Origin: a virus
DNA: 64,000 nt
Virus record (IMG/VR): IMGVR_UViG_3300028909_000017
Span: 61,415 to 125,414 of that record
Strand: one strand, 5' to 3'
The stretch's first letter is position 1. Each line of letters begins with the position of its first letter. A program made the translations under genes and the position numbers. Shown piece after piece: positions 20,222 to 32,465 of the stretch. A model generated the notes under the pieces. It searched no databases. It worked only from the letters and a program-made list of their open reading frames with translations, and had not been told where the DNA came from.

Positions 20222-23125
20222 TTATTCTTCCAGTCTTTCTATTAATTTTTGATCACACCATAATTTAGCATGATTCCACGCTATTTCTTCAGAAATGGTG
20301 GAGACACCTTTTACATTAGACCAAGCTATGTTGTTATCAAAATAAATTTCAAATTGAATTCCGAAAGGATCTATTCTACAAATAGATTTGGGATAAATTG
20401 ATTTTACATATTCTTTATCTGTCATTTTGTAAATTTATCTGCTGACGATTCTTTAATAACTTCCCAGGCATGGTGCCATGCTAAGTTTTCCGATGTTGAA
20501 TTCCATTTGGACATAAAAGTAAATGTACGGCTTAATTCATCAAAATTCGTAATAGTTTTACATTTCAATGAATTATCCCGTGGAATTCCAATTACATAAC
20601 TTACTTTAAAATTATATGCTATTTCTTCTAGCACTCTGGCAGTTGGATGCACGGAAAGAACTCTATTTTTATAGACATAATTTTTTCTCAGCAGCAATTC
20701 TAATGTCATTAGCGACTTCCCACCAGGCTTCTTTAATTGAAGGTAACCATGTTGATAGCATATATTTTTCATCTCTTTTATACCGCCAATTATTGGAATT
20801 ACTAAATAATTCTAATGTAAAATCTTTTTGTATTTTTGAGGAATTTCGCCCACCTCTCATAATACAAAAATAATTAGATAAAATAGTATCCGTAATGTCA
20901 AAATCGTATCGATATTTGTCGCTAATTGCAATTGCGTCAGGATATACTGAACGAACCAATTTAATTATTTCTTCCTCATTCATTTTGATAACGCCAAATT
21001 AAATTTATTTTGCATTTGGGCCCACGCATTCAACCATGCTGCATCAATAGTTCGACACCAAACGCTCAATGGATTTATTTTAATTTTTGATCTTAAATGG
21101 GTAAAATCTAATGTAATTTCATCATTTTTAACCTGGTTGCGAAATTCATTTGGTAAATTATGAATAATTAAAAATGGTAATACTCCGCCTGGTTCGGTAC
21201 CATAATTGTGAGTATCACCTAATACAACTGCATCCGGATAGATCGAAAGAACATTTTCCTTATTTGTCATAAACCTTTTTTACTTCTAAAATAATTTTTG
21301 AAATATCGGCATGATAAAATCCTGAACTATTTATCGAATTGAATTCAACAATTTTAAATGATCCATCGCGTAACTCTGCTATATCCATTACAATTGTTGA
21401 ATTAGGAATCCAATCATCGGCGAGATTTTTGGCTTCCCTGTAAATTTTATCTTCAATTGGAGAATTAATAGCAAGACATCCATATTTTTTGTATTGCGAT
21501 CCAGTAATTATTTTATCATTAATTATCCAAAAACGCCATTCTCTTTCTATATTTTGTAATGGTGAACAACAAATTTTTAGATCATCTGGTAAATGAGAAT
21601 ATTCTTTTTCCCACCATTCCAAATCTTCTTTTTCAATTACATGACCGGTAAATGTTTTAATATCCATTGGTTTTATGAATGTCGGAATATTAACCCAATT
21701 ATTTTTTAATTCAAAAATTGTTTTAATTTCAATATTTTGATTGAGCATATTATTACAATTTTGAATCCAATAATTGGGATTAAACCAGTTGTCTTCCCAA
21801 AATACTCCGGGATAACAATTTAATGGCTTTGCAAACACCGGTAATAATGTTGAACCATAAAAAAATGTTGGTAAAGATAAATCAATATTTTCAATTCCGG
21901 TAATTAACTTTTCATCCGGAATTATTCCACACAAGGAATAATTGCAATTAAGTTTTTTTAATTCAGCAATTAACGGTTCGCAATTATTTTTTAATGCCGT
22001 CCAGGTCATTGCGTCTTGTATAATCCAATTCATTTGTTTTCCTACTTATATTGTTAATTTTATAAGTAATTCGGTTTCTTCATCTGGGGTAAATCCAATA
22101 TTGTATGTTTGTGTGGAGTAAATAAGATTATCTAGAAATGTTCGAATTATATAATTTCCGTAGCAAGAAACCTTCCACTTTTTCTTTACAACAAATCTTA
22201 ATTCTGGTACTGTGAAATTACAAATCCAGTGCGTATCTGGTTCGGAATCTCTATCCCACTGTTCTACCTTTGGTAAAATATTTTCAATGAAAAATTTGTC
22301 AATCATAATGCCAATCTCATTTGTAATTCAATTTCACGGGGAGGGTTAAAAATAATTTCAATTTGACTAACTTCATCGTTTTCCCTTGTATATTTGGCCC
22401 AGCTTAAAATATTTCTTGTGCTGTTTGATAATGTCCAATCGGGTTGTTTCGCAATCCATAACAATTCATGCAACGTAACATCGGCATACCATTTTAGATC
22501 ATGTTCATAAACTAATTCACATGGCTTACTTTTTTCGAGTATTGAATCTAAAATTGTCATATAATTAAATTATCTTTCGTTTTATTTTTAATCCATTCCC
22601 AAGCACTTTTCCATGCTGACAATTCTGTCTTAGAAAGGCAAGATAAAATTTTTACTTTGTTTTTAAAAATCATTTCACTTTCTTTTGTCCATTTAAACCA
22701 ATCAATGCAAGATAATTTATTTGTTTCTAATGGAAATATGCCTTCACCGCGTACAATAATAAATGGATAATCTTGATAATATGGGCTCGTATCTTTAATT
22801 GCTTTTGCATCAGGATAAACTGCCAATACTTTTTGTTTATTTGTCATTGTGCTAGCCGAGAAATAATTTCTTCGTTATATCGTTTCCAGGCATTTTTCCA
22901 TGCATCTTTCTCTGTATCTGACCATTTACCTAAGCGGAGCCAATTTCCAGTGGCATATTTATATCCAACACTATTTTTCTGCAATAGTTTCGGTTTATCG
23001 ATGAAATGCTTATAATCTTTTTCTCCAGATACAATTACAAATTGGGGTTTTTTAAAATCGGATACAAATGCTGAAATTGCGTCAGGATAAATTTTCCGTA
23101 TTTTATTTTTAAATGAAGCGGCCAT
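20222..23125 (-). other. Cluster of small paralogous ORFs (MTxKExVLSIYPDA...AWxxAW)
   Basis: Motif shared by ORFs at 20222, 20422, 20669, 20980, 22557 and 22844. Confidence 0.7.
21260..22033 (-). CDS. ATP-grasp domain protein (R2K/DUF4343-like)
   Basis: FIKP..IKTFTG, EWRFWI, VMDIA, KIVEFNSINSSGFY. Confidence 0.8.
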   Translation of the reverse strand: MNWIIQDAMTWTALKNNCEPLIAELKKLNCNYSLCGIIPDEKLITGIENIDLSLPTFFYGSTLLPVFAKPLNCYPGVFWEDNWFNPNYWIQNCNNMLNQNIEIKTIFELKNNWVNIPTFIKPMDIKTFTGHVIEKEDLEWWEKEYSHLPDDLKICCSPLQNIEREWRFWIINDKIITGSQYKKYGCLAINSPIEDKIYREAKNLADDWIPNSTIVMDIAELRDGSFKIVEFNSINSSGFYHADISKIILEVKKVYDK

Positions 23126-23131
23126 GCTTTA

Positions 23132-23160
23132 ATGATAGCATGGCCGTGTAAAAATGTCAA
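23132..23160 (-). promoter_or_regulatory. sigma70-type promoter
   Basis: TTGACA-17-TATCAT. Confidence 0.7.
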
Positions 23161-23183
23161 ATATATTTCGATTATTTTAAAAA

Positions 23184-23269
23184 TGGGTGTCGGACGGAAA
23201 TCGAATCCGCGTTGCCTTAAGGCCCAGAGTCACAGTCTGGCGTAACAAACCAACAGTTACCTCCGACAC
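23184..23269 (-). tRNA. tRNA-His(GTG) with long variable arm
   Basis: GTGTCGG/CCGACAC-CCA, CT-GTG-AC loop, GCC-TTAA-GGC variable hairpin. Confidence 0.8.
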
Positions 23270-24021
23270 ACTTGCCGAACCGGTATAAACACGGTTCATA
23301 ATTTCACTTAATCCAATTCCATCGCCCTTGTTTTGGTGTAGTAGAATGTCCGGTTAATGATTCGGTCTCACTAATACTCGTAACCCAGAATGTATCATTG
23401 CCGTCTAAAAATACTTGCCCATTTACGCCTGATTTTCCCTCACCAAATTCATTTGGCCATACTCGTACAACAAGTAACGGCAATGTATCTCCAGCGGATG
23501 AGGTATTTCCAATATGAGCCTGAGCACCAATCGGCCAATGCTGAGGAACAACCGCACTACCAGTTAAAAATTCCCCCATTATGTTTAATACGATGAGCAA
23601 TGCTTTCCTTGGTTGTTCTACGTCGATTAATTTGGCTAGCATCTTCTTCCGTTAAAGTGTATTGAACGATGTCACCTACGGTTGGTTGAAAATTTTCCAT
23701 TAATTTATCCTTTTATATATTGTCCCGGCCCTACGCCCAATTGGGGTTTGAAATTTTTATCATTAATAGAATTACCGATACTTGCAATCAATTCATCGAT
23801 CGTATAATCAAAATCAGCTTCGTCCAAAAAGACGCAAACAAATTTCCCATCAATATTCAATTGTAATGCTAATTCATCGGTCCATCCATCGAGATCTGAA
23901 CCATATTTTGCATAGGTTATCGAGTGATGACATTTATTTGGGGGAGGAATTACGTGTTCTAACCTTTTTAAAAATTTAATTAGAAATGTTCTTTGATTCA
24001 TTATTGTCCTTTTTGAAAATG

Positions 24022-24103
24022 CTCCGGGAGAGGGATTCGAACCCCCACGCGATTTCTCTGCCTGATTCAGAGTCAGGTGCCCTGCCAATTAGGCTATCCC
24101 GGA
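24022..24103 (-). tRNA. tRNA-Gln(CTG) with long variable region
   Basis: U1-A72, G73, CT-CTG-AA, 14-nt variable region with GAAA loop. Confidence 0.85.
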
Positions 24104-24109
24104 ATAAAC

Positions 24110-24295
24110 TTATTTACCTTTCTTATAGTCCGTTTCGTACCAGCCTGTTCCTTTGAAATTAAAAGTTGGTGCATTTAAAATTCTTATAGAAATATGTTCA
24201 CAATTTGGACATTTTTGAATTTCTAGAGAATTCATTTTTTGTATCTTTTCAAATATTTTCCCACATTTTAAACATTTGTATTCATATAATGGCAT
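24110..24295 (-). CDS. FmdB-family zinc ribbon protein
   Basis: MPLYEYKCLKCG...CPNC...FKGTGWYETDY. Confidence 0.85.
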   Translation of the reverse strand: MPLYEYKCLKCGKIFEKIQKMNSLEIQKCPNCEHISIRILNAPTFNFKGTGWYETDYKKGK

Positions 24296-24483
24296 TACAA
24301 AATACCTGCTTTTAATCCTAATTTATAAATTTCTAAATCATAATCAATATCTTGTTGAGTCGGGTAATATTTTTCTGAACATTCTTTACATAAAAGGTTT
24401 TCTGAACCCGGAAAATAAGTTAACGGCTTTTCATAGCTTTTGCAAGAAAAACATGGATATGTATTGTTCATCGATTCTCCTTT

Positions 24484-24735
24484 GTGAACTACCACGACCA
24501 AAAAAGTGATTTCCGAAGCCAATTGGCCTCATCTTTTATTCCTGCTTCCAATAATACATATCTAGAAATTAATTTCCTCGATAGAGGTATCTCCACAGAC
24601 GTGTGAGGAATTGCAAGCAATCCCGTCAATTTCCGAAGGAACTTCGGAATTTTAAATTACAATTGAATTTCTTGGTTATCGAAATCCATTTATAAAGTTG
24701 GCGATTTTACGCTCGTAAGTTGGAAATAAATTCGA
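24484..24735 (-). mobile_element. Non-autonomous IS200/IS605-derived omega-RNA-like element, copy 1
   Basis: CCGAAG..CTTCGGAAATTGA...ACGTCTGTGGAG...GAAGCAGGAA...GTAGTTCAC; homologous to 38592-38880. Confidence 0.65.
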
Positions 24736-25346
24736 CATAAAATTTTTCAGTTTTTGGTGATCCATTTAATTCGAAAGTTGCATCAATAGATTTGTAATGT
24801 GTATCATCAATTTTGACCTTTATACTCTCACAATAGACGACCGCGGTATTCCATATAATTTTACCGTGCATTTCTTGGCAGATGTAATAGTAATCTTCAT
24901 CATCACTTGCAATACCCAATAATCGATATAATCTGTCAGAACAAATAACTATATCATTGTGAAATGGATACATTTCTTTTATAAATCGATTATTTGTTAA
25001 AAATGTTTGTTCCAATGGCTCTGACATCTTACTTTAGCCCATCCCTCATTATTTAATGTGCCTGCTTCCCCACATATTTCACAGGTGTGATATGCTTTCT
25101 TTTCTGCTTCCCGAATCAAATTATAAATGTCGTTATTAGTCATATTGGTTGTATAACATCTTAATCCACCGAATTTTTCTTTTACCTGCAAGATTTGGAA
25201 TGACAAATCTACAACTAATGGTTCTATTTTTTCAAATAATTCGTAAAGAATATTGAACCAACCATCCCCAATTTCAAGGCCCCATTTTCTCTGGAACCAA
25301 GATTTCGGAAACCGATCATAAATTTTATTTTCTAATTCTTTTGTCA

Positions 25347-26393
25347 TTATTGATTTCCTAATTTTTCGTATATCGTATTGTGAGTATGATTAACTCGAAC
25401 AAATGTTGTTTTTTCATTCATTTCTGAAATTTCATGGGCCCCAATATAGGTCATTGTACTTCGTAAACCACCAAGAATATCTAAAATAGTGCGTTCAACC
25501 GGTCCTTTTGCTGGCAACATTACATGTCGTCCTTCACTAGTTCGATATTTCGACATACCATTATTAAATTCTTGCATAGCTTTTTCACTGCTCATTCCAT
25601 AAAATTCTACAAATGTTTTTCCAGATGAATCGGTAACTTTTTTTGAATCAACTTCATCGTGTCCAGCTAACATTGATCCGAGCATTACAAAATCTGATCC
25701 CGCGCCAAATGCTTTTCCAATATCTCCCGGAGTTTTGCATCCACCATCTGAACAAATATATGCATTCATATCGTATGCAACTTCCGTGCATTCAATTAAC
25801 GCGCTAATCATTGGATAACCAACGCCTGTTTTTAATCGAGTCAGACATCCAGCCCCGCCCCCAATCCCACATTTAATTATCGAAGCGCCTGCATTAATTA
25901 ATGCAATAGTTTGATCTGGTGTTACAACATTACCCGCCATAATTATTGCGTCGGGATTTTCATTACGTAATTGTGAAACTGTATCAAGAAAAGTATTTCG
26001 ATATCCATTTGCAACATCGATACATATTTTGTCTATATTTTTATTATAATTAACTTTTTTAAATTTGTCAAGATCTTCTTTCTTTGATCCCACCGTGTAC
26101 CAACATAAATCTTTTGCTGGACTATTTTCAAAAAATTTCTGTAAATCATATTCAGAATAATATTTGTGTAACGCCGACATCATATTGTGTTTGGCCAATT
26201 CTTCCGCCATTTTAAAACTTGACACGGTTGTCATATTAGCAGAAATAATTGGGACACAAGACAATGTTTTTGTTGTATTAAGAAAGGTAAATTCTCTGAT
26301 TAAATTTACATCTGACCGTGAATTTAAATTATTAGGTTGGGGCACGATTAATACATCATCAAAATCTAATTTAATGTCGTTTAATATTTTCAT
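25347..26393 (-). CDS. guaC: GMP reductase
   Basis: KLDFDDVLI, IDVANGY, GIGGGAGCLTR, SDGGC, FYGMSS, YRTSEG. Confidence 0.9.
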   Translation of the reverse strand: MKILNDIKLDFDDVLIVPQPNNLNSRSDVNLIREFTFLNTTKTLSCVPIISANMTTVSSFKMAEELAKHNMMSALHKYYSEYDLQKFFENSPAKDLCWYTVGSKKEDLDKFKKVNYNKNIDKICIDVANGYRNTFLDTVSQLRNENPDAIIMAGNVVTPDQTIALINAGASIIKCGIGGGAGCLTRLKTGVGYPMISALIECTEVAYDMNAYICSDGGCKTPGDIGKAFGAGSDFVMLGSMLAGHDEVDSKKVTDSSGKTFVEFYGMSSEKAMQEFNNGMSKYRTSEGRHVMLPAKGPVERTILDILGGLRSTMTYIGAHEISEMNEKTTFVRVNHTHNTIYEKLGNQ

Positions 26394-26395
26394 TT

Positions 26396-27849
26396 TTATC
26401 CTGGGTATGATTTTACCGAATTAAGGTAAAGGTATTTTTTCTTATTGCTATCTTTCTTTCGTATTGCTTGAATTTCACGAAAATATTGGATCATTGCCGC
26501 CTGGCTTAATTGTCCGGAAATATATGCAGAAACATATTGGGCATATTCTTTTTCTTCCGGAGAAATTGTATATTGAGATAGTAAAATATATAATTTTTTA
26601 AGATATTGATGTTTCATTTTTTCTGGATTACATGCTGCATCTAAAGCAACAATAAATCGAGCAATTGTTGATTCTAGTTTTGCAGTATCGGTATTAAGCC
26701 AATCCCACCGGGACTTCGAAATTCAATATAGCCATCTTTTATATTTACGCTTGTATATTTTTCGGTCTTATTGAAAATGCCACTTATAATTCTTATTGCC
26801 CACCCATTTAATTTATGTTTCATATTATTAAGATATTGGTTTAATATTTCCGAATCAGTTCCTAATTTAGCTCCTATTGTTCCTAAAGCAGGCTTACAAA
26901 ATGAATTTGCACCTCTTCCAAATTCATCCAATATATAATTATCTCCCAACATTAACACAAGTTTTACATAATCGAGTTTTGAAACATTATAATTTGGAAG
27001 GCTAACATTAATATGTAAACCGGTCGAGTCATTTGTGTAACATCCCTGCGTATTTGCCCATGTTTTTACGCGGTGAAGGTCAGAAATCATGTCTTGAAAA
27101 GATAAAGGCGGTGAAATAAATTCAAGCCCGGCATCACTTTCGCTGTCGACAGTTATACTTGCATCTGTTTCTACACTATAGCCTGATGTACTTCGTTTTG
27201 CACCATGATATTCGGATGACGAAAAACTAACGGGGCGAACTGCTTCCGAAAATGAATCGGTAATATATTCTAAATCTAATTCATCTTCTCCGCTAATTTC
27301 ATTATAATACGGCCAATCAATGTCGTATTGTTGTTCAACATCACTCATCCATAGTAACCCTTCATAGTTTAGCCAATCGGCTTCATTACTATATTGATCA
27401 TCCGCTCTATCATCTAGCCATTCTTGCTTTATCTCATCATAACTAGAACCTTTCTCATTATATAAATCTTCTTCTATTTGATCTTTATCATCTGAATCGA
27501 TTATTGATAAGAATTCATTAATTGCATTTCTTTTACCATAATTATTCCAATCATCATCACAAGTTTCCGACCACCATATATCAAAACTGTTTGTTAATTT
27601 TGTTTTAAATCTATCTAATATGTATGTTGAATTATAATTAACATAATCAAAAAATTCTACTATTTGGTCGATACTTTCACATCGAATATCTGCATCGTCA
27701 TCTCTTTCCTCAGTAGTATCTGACTTACTTATAATATCTTGGACACACATTTCAAATTCAATACCCACTTTCGCGGGAATTTTTGAGGCAATTGAAATTA
27801 AGACGTTTGGGCTTGCTTTATATTCGGTAATTATTTCTTTGATTCTCAT
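26396..27849 (-). CDS. Putative amidoligase (COOH-NH2 ligase type 2), frameshifted near 26700
   Basis: GIEFE, ETDASI, GLEFISPP, TGLHIN, IEFRSPGG; continues in another frame as ...ARFIVALDAACNPEKMKHQY; starts MRIKEII after TATAAATA. Confidence 0.75.
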
Positions 27850-27867
27850 ATATGTATTTATAGTTTT

Positions 27868-27941
27868 TGGAGCGTCCAATCGGATTTGAACCGATACCCA
27901 CTGGGTGGAAACCAGTGATACTACCATTATACTATGGACGC
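27868..27941 (-). tRNA. tRNA-Gly(TCC)
   Basis: Cloverleaf, TT-TCC-AC, U73-CCA. Confidence 0.9.
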
Positions 27942-27949
27942 GTGAAAGT

Positions 27950-28024
27950 TGGAGCCCCGAGCCGGAATTGAACCGGCGACATTTCGCTTACAAGGCGAAT
28001 GCTCTACAACTGAGCTACCGGGGC
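27950..28024 (-). tRNA. tRNA-Thr(TGT)
   Basis: Cloverleaf, CT-TGT-AA, CCA. Confidence 0.9.
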
Positions 28025-28048
28025 ATACTAATATTTATCTTTAATCTT

Positions 28049-28123
28049 TGGTGCTCCTAGGCAAAATCGAATTGCCATTTTCAACTTAGGGGGTTGTTTT
28101 CTTATCCGTTAGAAGATAGGAGC
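28049..28123 (-). tRNA. tRNA-Arg(CCT), C33
   Basis: Cloverleaf, CC-CCT-AA loop, CCA. Confidence 0.8.
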
Positions 28124-28128
28124 AAATT

Positions 28129-28707
28129 TCACTTTAGAACATCGACTACGAAATCGTGAAAATTATTAACCTCAATAACATCAATATCTGGTTGAACTCG
28201 ATACGAAAAAATTCGATAATATAATTGTGTTTCTGGTGAATATTTATCAATCGAAACTAAATTAGTATAATTATCGTCAATGAATGCATCTAAGTCTAAT
28301 GCGGCAACAACCGGACCTTTTTCATTAGTTACAATCACTGTCGGACATTGAATTTGAAAAATATTTTTGATCCATCTATTTGTTTGTTTTTCAACCGGAT
28401 CACCTAAAGTCGATGTTCTTGTGGTAATGAAATATAATTTTGCCATGTCATCTAAAAGTTCAAGATGAATATTTTTAACATCGTTTTGTTTTTCTAGTGT
28501 TTCCCAAAAATTATGGTACTGAGATAATTTACTCCAAGATTGCTTTAACTGATCCGGGGATAAATTCCAATTCTTAAAATCCCAATCTGTTGGATCATCG
28601 ACAATCGATGTACCATGCAATTCATTATTCAAATTACGAAAAGTTTTGACAAAATTTGATAAAACCCCGTCAATGTCTATTCCAATCTTTTTTCGATTAT
28701 CTTTCAT
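28129..28707 (-). CDS. HAD-family 5'(3')-deoxyribonucleotidase-like protein
   Basis: IGIDIDGVL, FITTR, FIDD. Confidence 0.8.
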   Translation of the reverse strand: MKDNRKKIGIDIDGVLSNFVKTFRNLNNELHGTSIVDDPTDWDFKNWNLSPDQLKQSWSKLSQYHNFWETLEKQNDVKNIHLELLDDMAKLYFITTRTSTLGDPVEKQTNRWIKNIFQIQCPTVIVTNEKGPVVAALDLDAFIDDNYTNLVSIDKYSPETQLYYRIFSYRVQPDIDVIEVNNFHDFVVDVLK

Positions 28708-28709
28708 TA

Positions 28710-29384
28710 TTACTCCAAAGGTAGATTATTTTCTTCACGCGCCTTACGAATTTTAAATGAAGGCCAAATATCAATTTGGGCATTTTTGGATTCTGATAAA
28801 ACATATCGATAATTTTGATAATTACGATCAAGCCCAAAAAAAGATTTCAATTCATCTTCATTCTCACATCGTATAAAAGTTTCACCTGGTTTTGTTCTAT
28901 CATATACCGAAACAACATGCCCATCCGCAAATAATTTTTTCCAAATTTTGAAACCAGATGTACTCAATGTTTTATCACTGATTAATAAATTTTTAGGTGA
29001 ACCATCTAAATTTTTTAAATCGTTAAGAATTGCAAGATAAAGATCACTTGCATATGGACTTCCTGTTGCCTCAGGATTTTTGCCTGTTATTAACACAGCG
29101 ACATTTCTTGGTTTCTTTTCCAAAGAAGTTCCGACCCAAAATATACCATTTTTTTCAAACCAATAGTAAACATCATCCGTTAGTTCAATACGAAATAAAT
29201 TATTATTTAATTTTTCAATTGAATTTGGCTTTGCTTTTCTAATATCATCAATATCATTTTTAATTGTCGGCCATGCAGCAAATTCCATTACTTCAGGTTC
29301 TTCATATAACCACGATTCGTTAAAAGCGGTTCTTCCAAATTTGTTTTTCCAATTATTTGTTGATATAATTTCTTTAATTTTCAT
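28710..29384 (-). CDS. GNAT-like paralog family A
   Basis: MKIKEII; PYASDLYL; ISDKTLSTSGFKIWKKL; YQNYRYVLSES. Confidence 0.6.
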   Translation of the reverse strand: MKIKEIISTNNWKNKFGRTAFNESWLYEEPEVMEFAAWPTIKNDIDDIRKAKPNSIEKLNNNLFRIELTDDVYYWFEKNGIFWVGTSLEKKPRNVAVLITGKNPEATGSPYASDLYLAILNDLKNLDGSPKNLLISDKTLSTSGFKIWKKLFADGHVVSVYDRTKPGETFIRCENEDELKSFFGLDRNYQNYRYVLSESKNAQIDIWPSFKIRKAREENNLPLE

Positions 29385-29386
29385 TT

Positions 29387-30036
29387 TTAATCTTCTAATG
29401 GTAAATTATTTTCTTCCCTTAATTTTCTTAAACCAAAATATGAATATATTTCAGCAAATTTTTTCGATGATTCAGATAAAATATATTGATAATTTTGATA
29501 ACTTTTTCCAACCCCAAAATATTTTTGCATTTCTTCAAAGGACTTAAAATGTTCAAATGATTCTCCGGGTTTACTTCTGTTGTATAAAGAAATTTTATGA
29601 CCATCGTTAAATAATTTTTTCCGAATTTTAAATCCATCGTCACTAAGAGTTTTATCGCTGCTAAGACAAACATTATTTCCGCAATCCTTTAAAATCGATA
29701 AATATAAATCGATCGCATATGGTTGTTTTCCAGTATATTTTGGATCTTTTCCGACCATTCTAACAATGTAGGCATATTTTTGCTTTTCTAAAGTTACGCC
29801 CAAAACAATTTTAGAATTAATTTCAACCCAATAATAAATATTTTCTGTTAACTCCATTTTTTAATACCATTATTCAAGGTAATAATGTTATCCGGATAAA
29901 TCTGTATTATTTCTAAAATAACATTTTTAATACCCGGCCAAGAATTAAACGTCATTTTTTCGGGTGATTCCGACAAAAATGATCTATTAAAATATGTTCT
30001 ATCCGAGCAACTATTAATTATTTCTTTAATTTTCAT
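29387..30036 (-). CDS. GNAT-like paralog family A (frameshift near 29857)
   Basis: Two ORF halves join at an A-run; same motifs as 28710. Confidence 0.6.
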
Positions 30037-30054
30037 TTATATTCCTTTATTTTA

Positions 30055-30132
30055 TGGTGCCCGTGGAGAGATTCGAACTCCCGACCCTTTGCTTAGAAGG
30101 CAAATGCTCTAATCCAACTGAGCTACACGGGC
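30055..30132 (-). tRNA. tRNA-Arg(TCT)
   Basis: Canonical cloverleaf, CCA. Confidence 0.95.
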
Positions 30133-30139
30133 AAAACTT

Positions 30140-30214
30140 TGGAGCCGTTCCCGAGATTTGCGCTCGGCTCTTATCGTTACGAAGGATAAAAATCGCTATC
30201 TATTATTGAACGGC
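30140..30214 (-). tRNA. tRNA-Thr(CGT), divergent
   Basis: GCCGTTC/GAACGGC acceptor, TT-CGT-AA loop, weak D arm, CCA. Confidence 0.6.
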
Positions 30215-30462
30215 ATAAAATACATTACTTATCTTTTCTATAATGTGTATTATTGTATGACCATTTTTTAAGTTTATTTACCACTTTTACAATTTCCGGA
30301 GTTGTAAAATCCGGATTCATACCGCATAAAAGTTGTCCAATTGGTCGAAAGCTTTTTCTAAGTTGATTTATATATTCCCTTTTAATCTTTAAAGGAAGTC
30401 GGTGATATTGTGCGAGAATAAATATTGCCGTTGCTTCAATTTCATTAAATCTAATTGGCATA

Positions 30463-31133
30463 TTAATCATCTGTTCCCAATGGTGTATTCTCTCGAATTT
30501 TTCGTATTCCGAAATTACTCATCACCGATCCTAACATATAATTTGATTCGCATAATACATATTGGTAATTCTGATATTTTTTATCAGTGTTAAAATAATT
30601 TTGCATATCATCTAATGTTAAAAATTTAACAAACGTTGCCCCTGGCTTATTTTTATCATATAAACCAACTCGATGTCCATTATTATACAACTTTTCCCAA
30701 ATTTTAAAACCATCTTCACTTAATTTATCATCACTCATCAATCGAATATTTTTTCCAATATCTTTTAAAATGTTTAAATACAAATCACTCGCGTAAGGTG
30801 CTTTTCCTGTAAAAATAGGATTTTTTCCCAGTAATTCACCAACAGCCGCCTGTGGTCGTAATGATAAAGAAACTCCGATGGCAAAAACATTATCAATTTC
30901 AATCCAATAAAATACATGCTCCAGGAAAACAATTTTTTAAGTCCATTAGTTAAGTCAATTATACCATTAGCGTATGGTATAAATTCATCTATTATATTTT
31001 TAATTCCTGGCCATGTTGGAAATTTCCCAATATTTATTGGTGATTCATACAACCAGGTTTCATTAAAATCAGTTCTACTTGTTTGCCCGTTGCCCCATTT
31101 TTTATTTTTTAATATAATTTCATTAATTTTCAT
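30463..31133 (-). CDS. GNAT-like paralog family A (frameshifted)
   Basis: MKINEII; split ORFs 30774-31133 and 30463-30783 carry family motifs. Confidence 0.6.
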
Positions 31134-31151
31134 CTATATTCCTATAATTAT

Positions 31152-31316
31152 TTTTCATTGGTGGGTTACTTATTAACCGCTAGATTAATATATTACCACT
31201 ATTCAGCTAGCCCATCGGACCTCCCATATATTGCCGTGATCGCATATATATTTCGACTGATTTAGGACTGCATCACCTGCGCCTTCCCTTATGTCCACTC
31301 CACAATGCAATGAAAA
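31152..31316. ncRNA. Candidate structured ncRNA
   Basis: ORF-free and GC-enriched; ends pair (TTTTCATTG..GTGG / CCAC-CAATGAAAA). Confidence 0.35.
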
Positions 31317-31330
31317 TTTAATCTTTTATA

Positions 31331-31405
31331 TAGCCGCTCTCGGATTTGAACCGAGGACCTCTTCTTTGTAAGAGAAGCGTTCTAAACCATCTGGACTAAG
31401 CGGCT
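31331..31405 (-). tRNA. tRNA-Val(TAC)
   Basis: Cloverleaf, CT-TAC-AA. Confidence 0.9.
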
Positions 31406-31420
31406 TCGTTATAACTTTTT

Positions 31421-31575
31421 AATATCTTGGACTTACGGCGGAGAATGATAGAAGCATCATCTATCAAGAAGGAGAGCAGCATCCTAGTTCTTATGCGCAT
31501 TATCATCTAGGCCCTCGCTCTTAGTGCGACCTCTTCCGACTGAGCTGTCGTTCTCTCCCGTAAATCCACGATATT
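31421..31575. ncRNA. Candidate structured ncRNA with ~31-bp closing stem
   Basis: Imperfect terminal inverted repeats AATATCTTGGACTTACGG... / ...CCGTAAATCCACGATATT. Confidence 0.5.
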
Positions 31576-32246
31576 TTAATCATCTGTTCCCAATGGCGTT
31601 TCTTCTCGAATTTTTCTAATACCAAAAATTCCAGTTAGATTACCCAATTCATTTTTTGATTCACACAAAACAAAATTATAATTTCGATAATTTTTATCTT
31701 TTTTGAAATATGATTCTATGTCTGCCAATGTAAGAAATTTTACAAATGTTTTGCCGGGTTTATTTTTATCATATATGGCAACCGTATGACCCAATGCATA
31801 TAATTTTTTCCAAATGTTAAATCCGTCTTTACTTAATTTATCATCACTTTGCAATCGAATATTTTTGCCGCAATCTGCGAGAATATTTAAGTAAAAATCA
31901 CTTCCATACGGCGGTTTTCCTTTCAATTCAGGATTTTTTTCCAGTATTTCTAATTACATTACTATATGGACGTTTTTCTAAAACAGATCCAATTGTTACT
32001 TTTCCATCTTTTTCCACCCCAATAAAATAATTGTTCTGACGTTTCGATTTTATATATTTCTACTGGCAATAAAATTGGTTTGAAAAAATTTTTCATATCC
32101 GAAATTATATCTACCAAACCATCATATGTAGGAAATTCCCCGGTATCTTCGGGTGATTCAATTAAAAAAGATTCGTTAAACGAGGTTCTATCTGTACTGC
32201 CAATTCCCCATTTTTTACTGCTCGAAAATAATTCTTTTATTTTCAT
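31576..32246 (-). CDS. GNAT-like paralog family A (frameshift near 32000)
   Basis: MKIKEL; halves join if one G is removed from a G-run. Confidence 0.6.
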
Positions 32247-32259
32247 GTATTCTCTAAAG

Positions 32260-32335
32260 TGGTGATCCCGGGAGAAGTTGCATCTCCATATCAGGTTTCG
32301 TAGACCTGTACCTTATCTAGTTAGATGACGGGACC
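32260..32335 (-). tRNA. tRNA-Arg(ACG)
   Basis: Cloverleaf, CT-ACG-AA, CCA. Confidence 0.85.
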
Positions 32336-32344
32336 AAAAATATT

Positions 32345-32417
32345 TGATCCCCGTAGAATTCGAATCTACATTTACGGTTTCGAAGACCGTTACTCTATCC
32401 AATTGAGTTAGAGGACC
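32345..32417 (-). tRNA. tRNA-Arg(TCG)
   Basis: Cloverleaf, CT-TCG-AA. Confidence 0.9.
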
Positions 32418-32465
32418 GTATAATTTTATTAATTTCGAGCTAACCTTCCTATTTTGAAAAATAAA

